In this document: in pieces, positions 38,100 through 50,605 of the stretch
Position numbering within the stretch: the first letter of the stretch is position 1
Layout of the letters: every line of letters begins with the position of its first letter
DNA from: Raillietiella orientalis
Lineage: Eukaryota
NCBI GenBank assembly: GCA_036172245.1
Contig: JAYWIR010000019.1
Span: forward strand, 1,426,001-1,490,000
DNA: 64,000 nt
Direction: 5' to 3'
Notes under the pieces: model-generated
What the model saw: only the letters and a program-made list of their open reading frames with translations
Database searches by the model: none
What the model was told of the DNA's origin: nothing
Translations under genes and position numbers: made by a program

Positions 38100-38403
38100 A
38101 TGACCTTGGTCAGCTTATTTTCGGGTGCGGCACTGATTGACATCCGGTCACGCGGGGGCGTTTATTTATAAAAAATAAACATACATGTCTGTGGCAGGAC
38201 GTTTGATCCCGACACATCACTTATAAATACGAGAAGGAACCTGCCGGGAACTGACAGGCAGGCCAGCGGATTCGCCTCGTCAGCACAGGGGAAGGGGAGA
38301 CAAATAAAGAGAAAAAAATAAAACAAAAAACATACAGTAAAAAAAAATGAGTGGGTTCGGAAAGGGATCACCAGGTGCTGGAGGGTTTTCTGCATCCTTG
38401 TAA
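38100..38403. repeat. 304-bp inverted duplication, arm B; preceded by a SINE head (GTTCGAATCC at ~38027)
   Basis: See arm A. Confidence 0.95.
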
Positions 38404-38589
38404 AGGATGCCCGCAAGTTTCTGTTTCAAGACTACCAGATGGCGCCCCTGTCGTTCTAGCCTCCTCTGGCGTTGTTGCTCCATGAAGCCACCATCCCGCA
38501 AAGGGTGCAAAGTGCTGCTGGGGGTATGGCCGTTGTGAGGGAGTTGCACAGGAAGAGGCGCTTTAAAACGTCTCGGGCGTTGCCGAAGC

Positions 38590-38910
38590 GTTCCCAAAGG
38601 GGCTAGAAGGCAACACTTCGGGGAGAGCCCTTCAAAAAAATTGGGAAGCGGCCCTTTCTGGTTCTCTTCAGAGGAGTAACAAGGAGCGGTTCCCTTGCAG
38701 GTTTCTTTCGGGGTAGAGAAAAAAAGGGTGACCCCCTCCGGGGGGATCTCTCCGGACAGAATGAGGTAGAAGTTCCTTTCGAGGTTCCCTTTGGAAACAA
38801 CCAGGGCGAGGATTCCCTTCGAAGCGCAAGAGGGGAAGGACTCCTTCCTCCGGAGCCATAGGGTGGTTCCCTCCCGGGGTGGTCCCCTAACTTGAAGAGT
38901 TAACACGCAC
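38590..38910 (+). mobile_element. SINE-like family internal array and 3' end
   Basis: About five ~40-nt units (for example AGAGGAGTAACAAGGAGCGGTTCCCTTGCAGGTTTCTTTC) and the terminal CCCTAACTTGAAGAGTTAACACGCAC. Confidence 0.75.
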
Positions 38911-41280
38911 CCCCCTAATGGTGGGGCTTGTCTCTTGCAAGCTTTTTGCTGCACTCTTGCGACCAGCAAAGAGACGGCCCGGTAACTGCGGGCCATACCT
39001 GGAAAAAAAGAGTCGCCGTCGCCACCCCAGCCTCTTCGCGTCAGCGCCGCTGCATTGTTGCGTCACCATGCTGCTTCCTGGCCTCCTTGAGCGCTGCTGC
39101 TCCCTCCGCGTGTTCCTGCCGGAATTGCTCCAGACTCCCGGAGTGAGGGGTTGCACGATTCGTTTCCTACGGCTCTCACTTTGAACTTGGGGAGCTGGCT
39201 GCCTTCTTCCTTCTCCCTTGGGAACCAGCCTTTTTCCTTTTGTTGTGAAAAAATCAGTTGCTCCACTCTTTGACGAAAAAGCCAAGTCCTGTGGAGGAAA
39301 CGAAATTATTGAGTGACCCTAACGGTAACGCAGTTTTCACCGAAATACTGCGTTCCATAGGAAGCACGAGTATGACTAGTTGCCTGCAAACTGATCTCCT
39401 TCTTGTGGAAAGGTACAGGATGTCCATCATTTCATTTGTTCACAACATCATGTGAACAAATGAAAGACATACATTTGGCAAACTGGTGTAATAGTTAGTA
39501 CATAGTCATTGAAGCAGGAAGGAACGGCAACTTCTGTCCATTTTAACATGTAAACAAACGCGAGTGTACAGAGGATCAGAAACTTCCAAGGTGCAACGCA
39601 AATTCGAAAAAAAAAAAGGCTAGCATAGGGCTTATACCATGACCCCTTTCAAGAAGCGGCATTAGAAACGAATTAATCTGTGGCGTTGAAGACTTGACAA
39701 CCAGAAAGACCGCGGAGATTCCATGACTCGTTGGAAAGAAAGAAAATTTTAAAGTGAGGCTTGCAAAATTTACTCATGACTACGAGGTCTGCACACACAT
39801 TGCAGATGCCACTTTCAAGCGCTAAATGTCTGAGCAGCCACGTACACAGTGAGAGCGAGAGAAAGCCCTGGGTTTTGTTCAAAAGGCAGGGAACAAAGAA
39901 GGAGCAAACGGATGCACCCAACAGCCGCTGTAGCAACTTCAGGAACACGACCGGACATAGCACGACAGGGCCAGAACCTCCCACATTCGTGTCTCAGTGT
40001 ATGAAACATTAAGTGCACGAAAATATTGATACTAGTTGTATGAAATGTTCATGTTCTTAATAATGTAATCTACTGAGTTCACCAGACACGTAAGAGATTA
40101 CAACCCCTTGAACCAAGCCAGCTCCCTTTTTGCCGCAGGAACACACGAAAGACATTGCGTGTAATCATGTGGGCTGTGTGCGCCTCATATAATAGGGGAC
40201 ACACAGTCCTGAGGATGCTGAGAGTTGCAACACGAACGGACCATCGGGATCTGCTCACCGCAACGACTTTTTCTGCGATCACGCTGGACACCCTGACCGT
40301 TCGCAGGCGGAAGTTGTTGATGGGAACAGCACCGAGGCGCTGCCCAAGACGCGAAGAACGCTGTACGCAGCCATCGTGCCATAAACGATAATCGCACGGT
40401 TTCCAAATTTCTGTCAGGGAGAAAAGAGTGAAGGGTATGCCCGTTAGCTCAATTCTTGCCGTTCAATTTCCTGGCGCGAGTTTGCAATCTTCAAAGTTTG
40501 CAACTCGAGGGCGTGAGAACTCGAAAAACATGAGCAGCAGCAGTTTCTCGCCCGCCGCAGAACACCTACCAAAATTAGAGTGCACCCTTTGGGTGTCTTT
40601 TTTCCTTAGTTCCACAAAGCCTGCTCACGAGGACGTGGAAGAGCTGCCTTCAAAATGCCCATGCGCAGGCTTAGCAGAAGAGTTTAGAAGGCAAAGTTCC
40701 CATGCGACAAACGGAGGAGCTGCCCTGCAGGATTTGCACAAGATTTCCTGTATTGGGTTCTTAATCTCTGACATTATGGAAAAGGGGAAAGAGATACGCG
40801 TTTGTGAAACAACAATAAACGCTCAATCATATTTTCTTTATTACTATACTACTGACTTTTTCAAGTGACTATTGTACTGTCACTTCAGAAATTGTGATAA
40901 TAGGATGTGAATCACTTCACGCTGATAGGTGGCATCGATAAAAAATATTTCACATAAAGCAGTAAACATAATGAAACATTCGCTAAATCCAACAAACAGG
41001 CTTAAACCACTGCATTCATAGAACATAATTTTGTTTCACAAATGCGGCATGCACTGCAAGAAACCCTTCTAAGACTGCTGACACAAAAACCGAAATATGT
41101 CGCAACAAATCATTTCCGGGCATGGGCAATGAACATGTAAACCACCTTTAAAATCACTGTATCACAGAATGATTACTGAAAAGGAATGCCAAAGATATTT
41201 GGGCAGAAGATATTGCACATTCCAACATCAACAAAGAATCAGAATGATAAAATATTTTGAAAAATATTATTTGGTATGAA

Positions 41281-44200
41281 TCAAAAATATTTTTGTAATG
41301 GTTCTCCAAACACTTCTTCCATATGCTCTATCAACTTCTTTGTTTCCAACTCTACAGTGACATTTTCATCTTCTAATAATTCTGCTAAGAAAGGTAATGT
41401 TTCTGGAAGCAGAACAATTGCATCTTCTCCTAGGCGTGTAGTTAATTCCGAAATAATTTTCAAGGAACTAAGGCGAACCTAATTGAACTGCATGCACACA
41501 AAGAGATACATAAATTTGTTTATACCTGTACAGAACTTGATCGACTCTTTAAGAACACCTGATATACAATGGGCTTCCAGTAAGCATCTTCTCCCATTGT
41601 AACAGCCAACTGACACAGGGTGGGGCATAAATGATTAGAAACCCTATCATCTGCAACTGCTGCATTACCAAGTTCATTCTCCAACTGCAAAGTAAAGTTT
41701 AGAAATTCAAAGTAATAATTTGACAGTATTTACCTGGTCCACCAAAGGATACAGAACAAGGTCGAATCTGTTCTGATTCATGAAACCATCTGCATCATGC
41801 AAAAATATCAAACCCAGAACATCCAATACGAGCTGTACTAAAAAGCAGCCATCCACTTCCGACAAAGGCATATCAGTATGATGCTTTGAATTGAACATAA
41901 GCAACACATCTGCTGAATGCTTCAAAAAATGACTAGCACACATTACAAACAAACTTTTGAGTTTGGTAGCCAAACCAAAGCATAGTCTATAACAAGCAGA
42001 GATCAGTGAGATTTCCACACATAGCATACTACCTATAGAAAGTGATGACTGACTCCCAAGTATTCTCCAGAGTTGCCCAGTTAAAAACACAAAAAAAAAA
42101 GGGCTTGAAGGCAGCTTCTGATAATTTAAGGACATACTGTGTTATCGCGTCTATAACATGGCTCTCCAAATCTTGCAGATGATTGACACTTAAAGCTAAG
42201 CTAGGAATTGTTCTCAAATTCAGAATGTGTAAGAAAAATTTCTGGAGAATTGCAGTATGCTCATGTATGCTATCCTTGCTCATCTGCTGCAAATGAGCAC
42301 TCAAAATTTGCATAAGGGGAGTTATTGCGAAAATATCTTCCTGCAGCTGCTCGTAGCATCTTTCCAGAACATTGAGAAAAACACGGGATGGAACTCTTGA
42401 AGACACAGAAGTACTAAAATGGCAATTTTCCAAGAAAGCAACAATCTTCCTTTTACCAAACAGAAGTTAAACGACTCCTAATCTGCACATTTACTTCTTT
42501 ACTGGACATCACACAGATAATCACAAGCAACTGTTGTAAATAAGGGCTCAAGAATAGTGGTAATGCCTCTACAATCTTTTGAAGAGCAACAACTGTGCTT
42601 AGATGAAGCAAATCATGGCTGTAGAAGAACCATAAAAATAATTACGCAATTAGTCTTTTTGCCCACCTTTGCACTTTTGGCATGTTATTCAGAAGTAGCA
42701 TGAAGGATGCCATGAATTTGGGAAGATGGGGAACAGCGTGAACCTTCATGTTTTGTACAAGATCAGCCATAGCCAATACTGATGACGAAACCACAGCAAA
42801 ATTGCTATTATCTAGCAATGAACAAGTTAGCAGAAGCCCCTGCATAATTAAAGGAAATTCCCATTTTTGTCAATGTTAATGCTTACATCCTCGAAATACT
42901 GGGGATGCTGACTACCAAAAAGTCTGCTTAGCAGTCTCAGGGTGAGCAAGCCAATTTGTAAACAGCTCTGCACTTTAACATTTTCTTCACTAAGCAGATG
43001 TGGAAAAAGTGATTTACATAATTCTGTTACTCCTGGAATTAGCTGCAATAAACGATCTTCATTATTAAATTCCTCTGAAGCAGTCAGCATTCGAGCATTG
43101 AGAGTTTCCAAGGCTTTTTGTCTCACAAACAGTTGAGGATGTGCGAAAAGATGCTGTACAGAATCCAGGAATAATGTCAAAGGCAGTACAGAAACAGTCT
43201 TTTCCAATAGATCACTGGTTTTGCTAAAGCAGGCTTTCCAAAATTTATTGGTAGGATCCATTTGGAATCTCTGCTGAGCTGCAGTGATTTTTTGCATTAA
43301 TTCCAGAATTTGTTGCACCAGTGTTTGACATATATCTTGATCTTCAGCATTTTCGGTTAGCTTAATGCTTTCAATAATAGCAATTCCCAACTGGAGACAT
43401 GTAAATACAAAGAGACGGTACTGATGTGGCAGACAAGTTTGATGATTGAAGATGAAGTTATCAGATGGTTCATCCTCTTTGGGCTTATACATGCCTTCTT
43501 TGGCTGGAATGAGATAGGAGTGAACAGAATAATTCCATTCATTACTAACCTGGATTAGGCAAAAACAGAAGATACATGACTATTCTATTAACTGCTTTCA
43601 AAGCACAAGAAGAACTGTAACATTTGACAATGCTCAATGCAAATTCCAAAGTTGACAAGGGAGAACTGTCAGCATTATGGGACTTGATTTCTGCATGTAC
43701 ACTGCATGTTAAAAGTAGAAAGAGACCAAGAAACGATTCACTCCCTAAAGTGTCCAACAAACAGCAAAACACTGGACTGCGGCGATGACTGGGAATGTCA
43801 ACCAAAGCCACAAGGAAAGTGCGCAAAATTGGAGACAGCGCCATTTCTTGTCCATCAGATGAATTATGGTCTCTGATTAAAACGGGGACAACAGTTTTTA
43901 TCACGTTTTCAATTATCTGATGACTGTACAGACTATCTTGTCGAACAAGATCACTTCCCATAAATGTAAAAATGGACACAACAGACTGGAGTACAACATC
44001 CTGGAAACAATAACATAACTTTGTCATTTCGCTGAAAGAAAGAATCATTTACGGGCATCTGTTGGGCAGCCCAAGAAATCAACAGAAGTGCTTGGTGCTG
44101 GGTCTGAACGTTGGAAGAAATACGCAGCGTTTGTACTAGCATCTCCACTGGCATCAAAGAAACCATCACTTTCTGCGGATTATGAATGCAAAAAGAATGG

Positions 44201-47200
44201 ATATATGACAAAATCAACTGCTTCAAATATTCGTATTCCTCTTGATTATTTTTTGCCAAAATCCTATAATATGCAATGTCAGAAGCACAAGCACCATTCT
44301 CCACTCACATTTGCAACACTCTAAAGAAACTGCGAATCAAAGAACCATTATCACCAATTTTTTTTTTGCCCTGCAGAAATTCCAGCAGTACTGTCAAACG
44401 CTGCCATGCCCTAGAAGATAATTAATAGGATGCTAAATGAGATAACTATACTTACAAATGCTTGAAACCTTCTACTTCTAAAGAACTGGACTCTGCCATG
44501 TTCAGAACGTCCACAATCCAAGGCTCCAGCATTGATGCAGAGAGCTTCAAGCACCTCATTGTTTTCTTGACTTGAAGAGCATGCTTTGGAGAACCAGTTA
44601 TGAGAATATCAAGGAAAGCTGAGAACAGCTGATATCTGTGGTCTTCATCTAAGACTGCAAATAAATCTGGAGTCACCTATAACCAATATTACTGTAGACA
44701 TGAATTCATTGTAGCATAGATATTGCTCCTTACAGTGGACACCGCCATATGTTGCAATGATTGAATCCCATCTTTCAAAGCAATCATCACAAAGCTAGAT
44801 TTCAACATGGCAAGGAAAACTTGCCAAAAAGCTGCATGCTCTTGCAGCACTTGTACTGTTTTTGCATTTACGTGAGATAGAGTTTGTCGAATAAGTTCCA
44901 ACTGATCATTTGTCAGTGTCAACTCTTCAGACAAGTTACTGCAAAAAGGAAGCACTGCTGTCATTCTGGCAGCCAAAACCAACTGATTCGAACATGAATA
45001 ACAGATTTAATGTGCAAAAACACAAACCTCTGATGACACACCTTCAATGCACAATCCTAAGGCCATCTTTGTACGGACAGAAACATTGCTTGCTACTAAA
45101 ATACGTAAGAAACAATCAAGAACATCAGAGACCTCGGAATTATCTTCACAATTAAACAACTGCACAAGGCAGTTATTCAACTGACTAAAATACTATCAAC
45201 TGGGATTCTTAATTAGATTACTCAACTTTTTGTCCAAAATGATTTCTTCTTTCGAATTACTAACAACGCTTAACAATGGATCTAATGCACAGGAAAATTT
45301 TCTGCTCATGATATCAATAGCTTCCAAAGCCAGTTGTACTGCATTAGTTCTTCCTATAGCCATGCTCACCAGCAAGGATAGGGTAACACTGCAACTATCT
45401 TCAGAAGTGCATTTACTGGAGGACTGTGATGCTGATGCCTCTTCTTTCAGAAGAAACACCAAACACTTCAGTGCAATTGTCTGCATGTCATGACATGATT
45501 CTGCTGGTAAGACATTAATTTCCTGCCGACACAGCATGCAAATGAATTTTAACAGGATAGAAGGCCTGCAAAATGCCTAAGAACTCGGTGATATTTGAGT
45601 ATCACAACAGCTACCTGCATGAACTGCTGAACAGGTAACCAAGGTAACTTGTCTTGTTTCATGCTGCCAGCACATATGCCAACCAAAAGTAACAATAACT
45701 TGCTGAGTGTTTGATAAATAGCATAATCTTCAGAATTCACGTCTGTGAACCAAAAATCATCATCATCATCATCATGCAACAGGAATAACTGCAAATTGTT
45801 TTGACAATACAATAACCAATGACACAAAAGCTTCTTAGGAAATGCATTCTTTCGAAAAACTGGCAGTAAAGATGCGATATTCAATTTTTTTGCTTCCAAA
45901 AGCTAAAGAAATACATCAGATAAATCAAATCACATGATTCAATTACCTGAATCTGAGGGCAGAGCAGTATAGCTTCCACTATTCTCAACAGATCTAAACA
46001 ACTTGAGGAAGAACATTTTCTACATTTCTCATGTTCTTGAAACAAAATAAGTGCCAGAAGCAAGGAGGCAAAATGGCTGAAATGAGCTTGCTGCAAGTCT
46101 GCAATGACTTGACTATGGATGGTATTCTGTTCATTTAGTGGTAAGTCACAAAAATTGGCTAGAAGCATGCCAAATACGCCATTATGCCAGCTGGCAAGTT
46201 CGGTATTGTTCTTTAACACATGGAGAACTACAACAATCACACTATATGCAAAACCAGTCTTACCCTGAGGCAAATTATGGAAGAGGGGACATAAACTAAA
46301 GTTTTCCTTCTCAGCCAGATTGCAAAGAAATCTTGTCCAAGGCAAGGATTGAGGAAAAAGCACTGGTAACAAAACAGATAAATGAGTGACTTGTGAGCAG
46401 GCACATAGACTGCAAAGCTTCAACAGCATTTTCCCATATGTTTTTCTTTCTAATGTGCTATGCAAGGAGTGTATTTGCATTATTCGTGTCTTTAACAAAT
46501 TACAGGCTTGATTACAATCTTCTTCTTTCAAAAACGGAATAAACTTCAGGGCAGTCAAGCTTATTTCGGGTACTGGATCCTGCAAACATAGTTGAAATAC
46601 GGTCAACAAGCTAGATGAGAACTACGAAAAGACAGCAATTAAACAAGATAAACTTTTATACAACCTCATTTTTTTTTGCTTTCTTCAAAATGTGTTTGAT
46701 GGAAGCCAGCTTGAGATTACCTTTCTGGCAGCTTAACTGGGACAGCAGACTGCGTGTGTTGCCTGTACTGTTTGTTACTAACTTGGCAAAAATCTTTCGA
46801 AGTTGGGGACTGAGTTCCTCTGATATTTCATCCACAATGGAATCAAAAGGGTCAGGATACTGACGTTCCAACAGAGCAAGTAGTTTGTGAATAAACTGCT
46901 CTATAGCAGTCTTCTGAGAGTCCTGGCTGTTAGCAAGAATATCTAGCATGAGCCTAGGCAAAACAATGATGAAAACTTTTCTTAGTGACTCACGATAGTA
47001 CGGATTTTTGCATTTGCCGACCAATTTGCATGCAAGTTAACAGTTCCAAAATATCTTGACCTACAAAATCACTACCAATATGCAGTTCTAAATAAACCCA
47101 ACACTGTAATAGACCACACAAGGCTTCTGCATGTAACGTAGAATTACTATTAACAATTTCAATCAATAAGTTTTTGAAATCATCAGACAGAACAAGATGA

Positions 47201-48303
47201 ATTGCCTCTTTTGGAAGCATCCGGGGCTTTTGCTTCCAGCAGATTAAAATTATGAGTAGCACCATGCTTTCCTGATTTTCGCTTTTACCAAATTGCTACA
47301 ATTAGAATTAATAAAATTAACTTGATCATCATCTATTACTACCTTAATTATCAATTTCAGCAAAAGATCAACGAAATCACTTGGTAAAGGATATTTACTG
47401 CATAATTGTGTCAGAATTAACTGTCCAGCACATCTTACATTTTTAACATCACTTTTTAAACATTTTGAAACAATTTCCAAAAACACATGGAGTAAGTTGG
47501 GAGTAAGAGAAGTCCGGACATGTAAAATACCAATGCATAAAGAAACAAGACAACCAATGGTAGGCTGCATAAGCTGTTCTTGATCTTGCATTTGCTACAT
47601 TTTACACATAATTTTGGAATGTAATTGCAACCAACCTTAGCTTGAGTTTTCATCAACTTGAGAAATTTCTGCAGCAGGACAGGATGCTTTACCATTTGTT
47701 TGATGAGGATAGATTTAGGAAGCATATCACCAGATGTTTGGAGTGCTGACAACCAGGACCATATCTCAGGAGCTAAACCAAAATCCAGTATTTGCAGCAA
47801 TCGAGCAAAAATCTTGGTGTTATGATATGGAAGAGCCATGAATAACAGCTCTTTCACATTATACTGTTCCACATGGAAACGGTTTATCAGCCATTCCAGT
47901 GTCATGTGGGCAGGTTTCAAAAGAAAATATGGAGAAAGAAGTAACAAAAAAGCCTTGATCTCTTTATTAAGATCTTTAGCATCAGCTTCCAGAAGCATTG
48001 CTCTTTCAATTTTCTTTGCTGCTTCATTGAATAATGTGTCCTCAAATGGAAAGAATTTTTTATTCAGTGCTTCCAATTCTTTTAATCCTTTAAGCCCTGA
48101 AATATTTTGCATTATGCAGCAAATTGTTCTTAAGATGAAAAAAATTGAAGTAAATGTTTTTTACCAATAGAAAACGTTGTATCCCTATCCAATTTAGCTG
48201 CTTCCTTAGCATCAAACAAAAAGGAGGCTCTTTTTTTGTTTTGAACATAAATTAAACTTTGTGGAGCAGACAATTTTTTCAGTTGTAAGGCTAAACTTGT
48301 CAT
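41281..48303 (-). CDS. HEATR1: HEAT repeat-containing protein 1 / UTP10 (SSU processome), multi-exon
   Basis: Start ATG at 48303: MTSLALQLKKLSAPQ...RASFLFDAKEAAKLDRDTTFSIG. Contains LLSPYFLLKPAHMTLEWLINRF, SIFTFMGS..VRQD..YS and LKLSEAAFKP. C-terminus LLPETLPFLAELLEDE...EEVFGEPLQKYF*. GT-AG introns checked at 48097-48164 (68 nt) and 47595-47635 (41 nt); not all internal exon boundaries were resolved. Confidence 0.96.
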
Positions 48304-49100
48304 TGTGGATTTTTCTTGTTATCTGTTTTAAACACAAAAATAAAATTACGAACTACAAAACAATAGCAGGTATCTCTGAAAATTCATGGTTCCAGTTGTT
48401 TCCAATGCCAACAATGCATTGGATTGGGGCTGGAACGTAGAAAAGAGATCCAGAATGTTATCTTACTACAAAAAGTACACACAGTCCCTTCACTTGGATT
48501 CGTAAATAAGCCCTTTTAAATTTTAATGGAAATAGCAAAATTGGAACGTTTAACCACTGCATTAACAGACATCAATATAAACAAAACCATATGCACGACT
48601 CCCAATATGCTACTTTCAATTATACCACACGCAACGTACTAGCATTCGAATGTATGCATCCAGAACAAAAAGCATTGTCGGTTTGCAAACAGGAAACAAT
48701 CTCCACGAAGTGAACACTGATACGGTAGAAAATACAGAATTTAATTAAGCAGGCCACAAGATACGTCTTCATGATTTAAACAGATGGCAATACAGATAAT
48801 TCTCTACGAAGATAACTCATACACGGCCAGCAATCAGCTAACAAAGGGAGAAACGTACAATGATGAAGAAGGCAATCAGTTAAGAATTAAAATTAAAGCA
48901 TCCTTTCTATAGAAATCTATTTAGTAATTGTTGCGATTCTTCATTCATGTCAAGCGAGGAATAGAAAGAAACAATTTGAGGAACTTACTTGTCATAGGGC
49001 TTCTACGAATGCTTTCGCGCAGTCAGCATCCCGAATTCTCGCGCTGGATCCCATAAGACACAACATGCTCAGCAGCGTTACCCAACACATCCGAAAAAAC

Positions 49101-49469
49101 ACAACGACAGAAATCGTGAACAGTTAGATAAAAGTCGTCTCGAAGCCAACACTTTCATACAGAAAGGATACTAAATAGAAATAGTACTTCTATACCGAAG
49201 AGCGTCACATTTTGAAATATTGAAAAGGTTTTTCCTTATGAATTTCCTGAGATTTTAATGGGATATTTGAATAAGCGATGAATACTTGCAAGAAGCATTA
49301 CTCAGTGATTCATGACTGAAGAAACTGGTATTGATTTATTAATTACGACAACAAGTCTACTGATTTTATGGAAATTATCGTTTATGACTTGCTGGAATTT
49401 GATACATTACTTTCATTTGATGAATGCATTTGCCAAATTGCAAGGATTGCACTTCCTTAAATGAGAATC
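49101..49469. repeat. 369-bp inverted repeat, left arm (right arm at 50237-50605)
   Basis: ACAACGACAGAAATCGTGAAC...TAAATGAGAATC is the reverse complement of 50237-50605; one mismatch seen. Confidence 0.96.
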
Positions 49470-50099
49470 ATTGCTTTAGTTAACCAATATCATGCCTTCA
49501 AAGAATTGTAGTGAAAAACATTTGCTTGTTTTTGAGCCAAGGTTTCTATTAATATTAATTTTTCTGATACAAATACATATTTTTGTGAGGCTCATGATTT
49601 ATTTTTTGCATAAAGGAGAATTCCATTGGAAATCAAACTACCCATTGAAAGATAAAGGGAAAAATTGATGAAACAAAGCATTGACTCCCATAATTTAATA
49701 GAAAATTCTCAGCAACCGAAGAGAAGAGCATTTCATTGCACATTTTTTGAGATGTCAATAAGGAAGGAAAAACCCTGCTTTTCTTATTTTGCTGTCTTCC
49801 AAACCATGATGTTAATATTTTTCGTTACATCTTGAAATACTCAAAGAATGACTGTATCTTGGTCTGAGGCTTATTCACACGGCTTCTTGTGCAAGCAAAT
49901 TTTGATAGAATTTACATTACTCATCGGAGTTCGGTAGCATTTTTGTCTCAATATTCAATATTGGAATAGGAGTGTAGCGAGGTGGAAGGAGATGGTGATC
50001 CTACCGTCAAAACAAACATAAGGCATGGAATTAGGAAAAGTTTGATCTTCGACTTGACAGTTACCAAAGGTTCAATTGATAATTGCGAAATGAGTAAGA

Positions 50100-50195
50100 T
50101 TAATGAACAAACAGAGTCACGTTGGTTAGGGTATCTTTCTCAATTAAGTATAATTCCTCATATTCCAGGGAAGAAAAATATGTTCAAGACTGATG
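50100..50195 (+). mobile_element. Possible decayed Ty3/gypsy RNase H C-terminal fragment
   Basis: SRWLGYLSQLSIIPHIPGKKN resembles the RW...LSQF...I.HIPGK.N motif. Confidence 0.45.
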
Positions 50196-50236
50196 TAGCT
50201 ACAGATACACAAGATCATTATTCGTACTTCGTAATC

Positions 50237-50605
50237 GATTCTCATTTAAGGAAGTGCAATCCTTGCAATTTGGCAAATGCATTCATCAAATGAAAGTAAT
50301 GTATCAAATTCCAGCAAGTCATAAACGATAATTTCCATAAAATCAGTAGACTTGTTGTCGTAATTAATAAATTAATACCAGTTTCTTCAGTCATGAATCA
50401 CTGAGTAATGCTTCTTGCAAGTATTCATCGCTTATTCAAATATCCCATTAAAATCTCAGGAAATTCATAAGGAAAAACCTTTTCAATATTTCAAAATGTG
50501 ACGCTCTTCGGTATAGAAGTACTATTTCTATTTAGTATCCTTTCTGTATGAAAGTGTTGGCTTCGAGACGACTTTTATCTAACTGTTCACGATTTCTGTC
50601 GTTGT
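50237..50605. repeat. 369-bp inverted repeat, right arm
   Basis: See left arm. Confidence 0.96.

Noticed and set aside
35022..38403. DNA transposon with 304-bp TIRs (weak hAT-like YEAFPNLLTL...PSPSSA at ~36400)
   Set aside because: No TSD and no transposase ORF. The arms begin inside SINE heads and the interior looks like mixed LINE debris. The hAT hint is too short to support.
38590..38910. Regularly spaced ~40-nt units as a CRISPR array
   Set aside because: The units are degenerate with no invariant repeat or unique spacer pattern, there are no cas genes, the context is eukaryotic, and the array is part of a dispersed repeat.
220..39285. Hundreds of 60-400 aa ORFs in the track (for example 14871-16085, 21846-22868 and 30983-32002)
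   Set aside because: Arg/Pro/Ser/Gly-rich shadow ORFs of GC-rich repeats that overlap in all frames. Shared peptides simply reflect DNA repeats.
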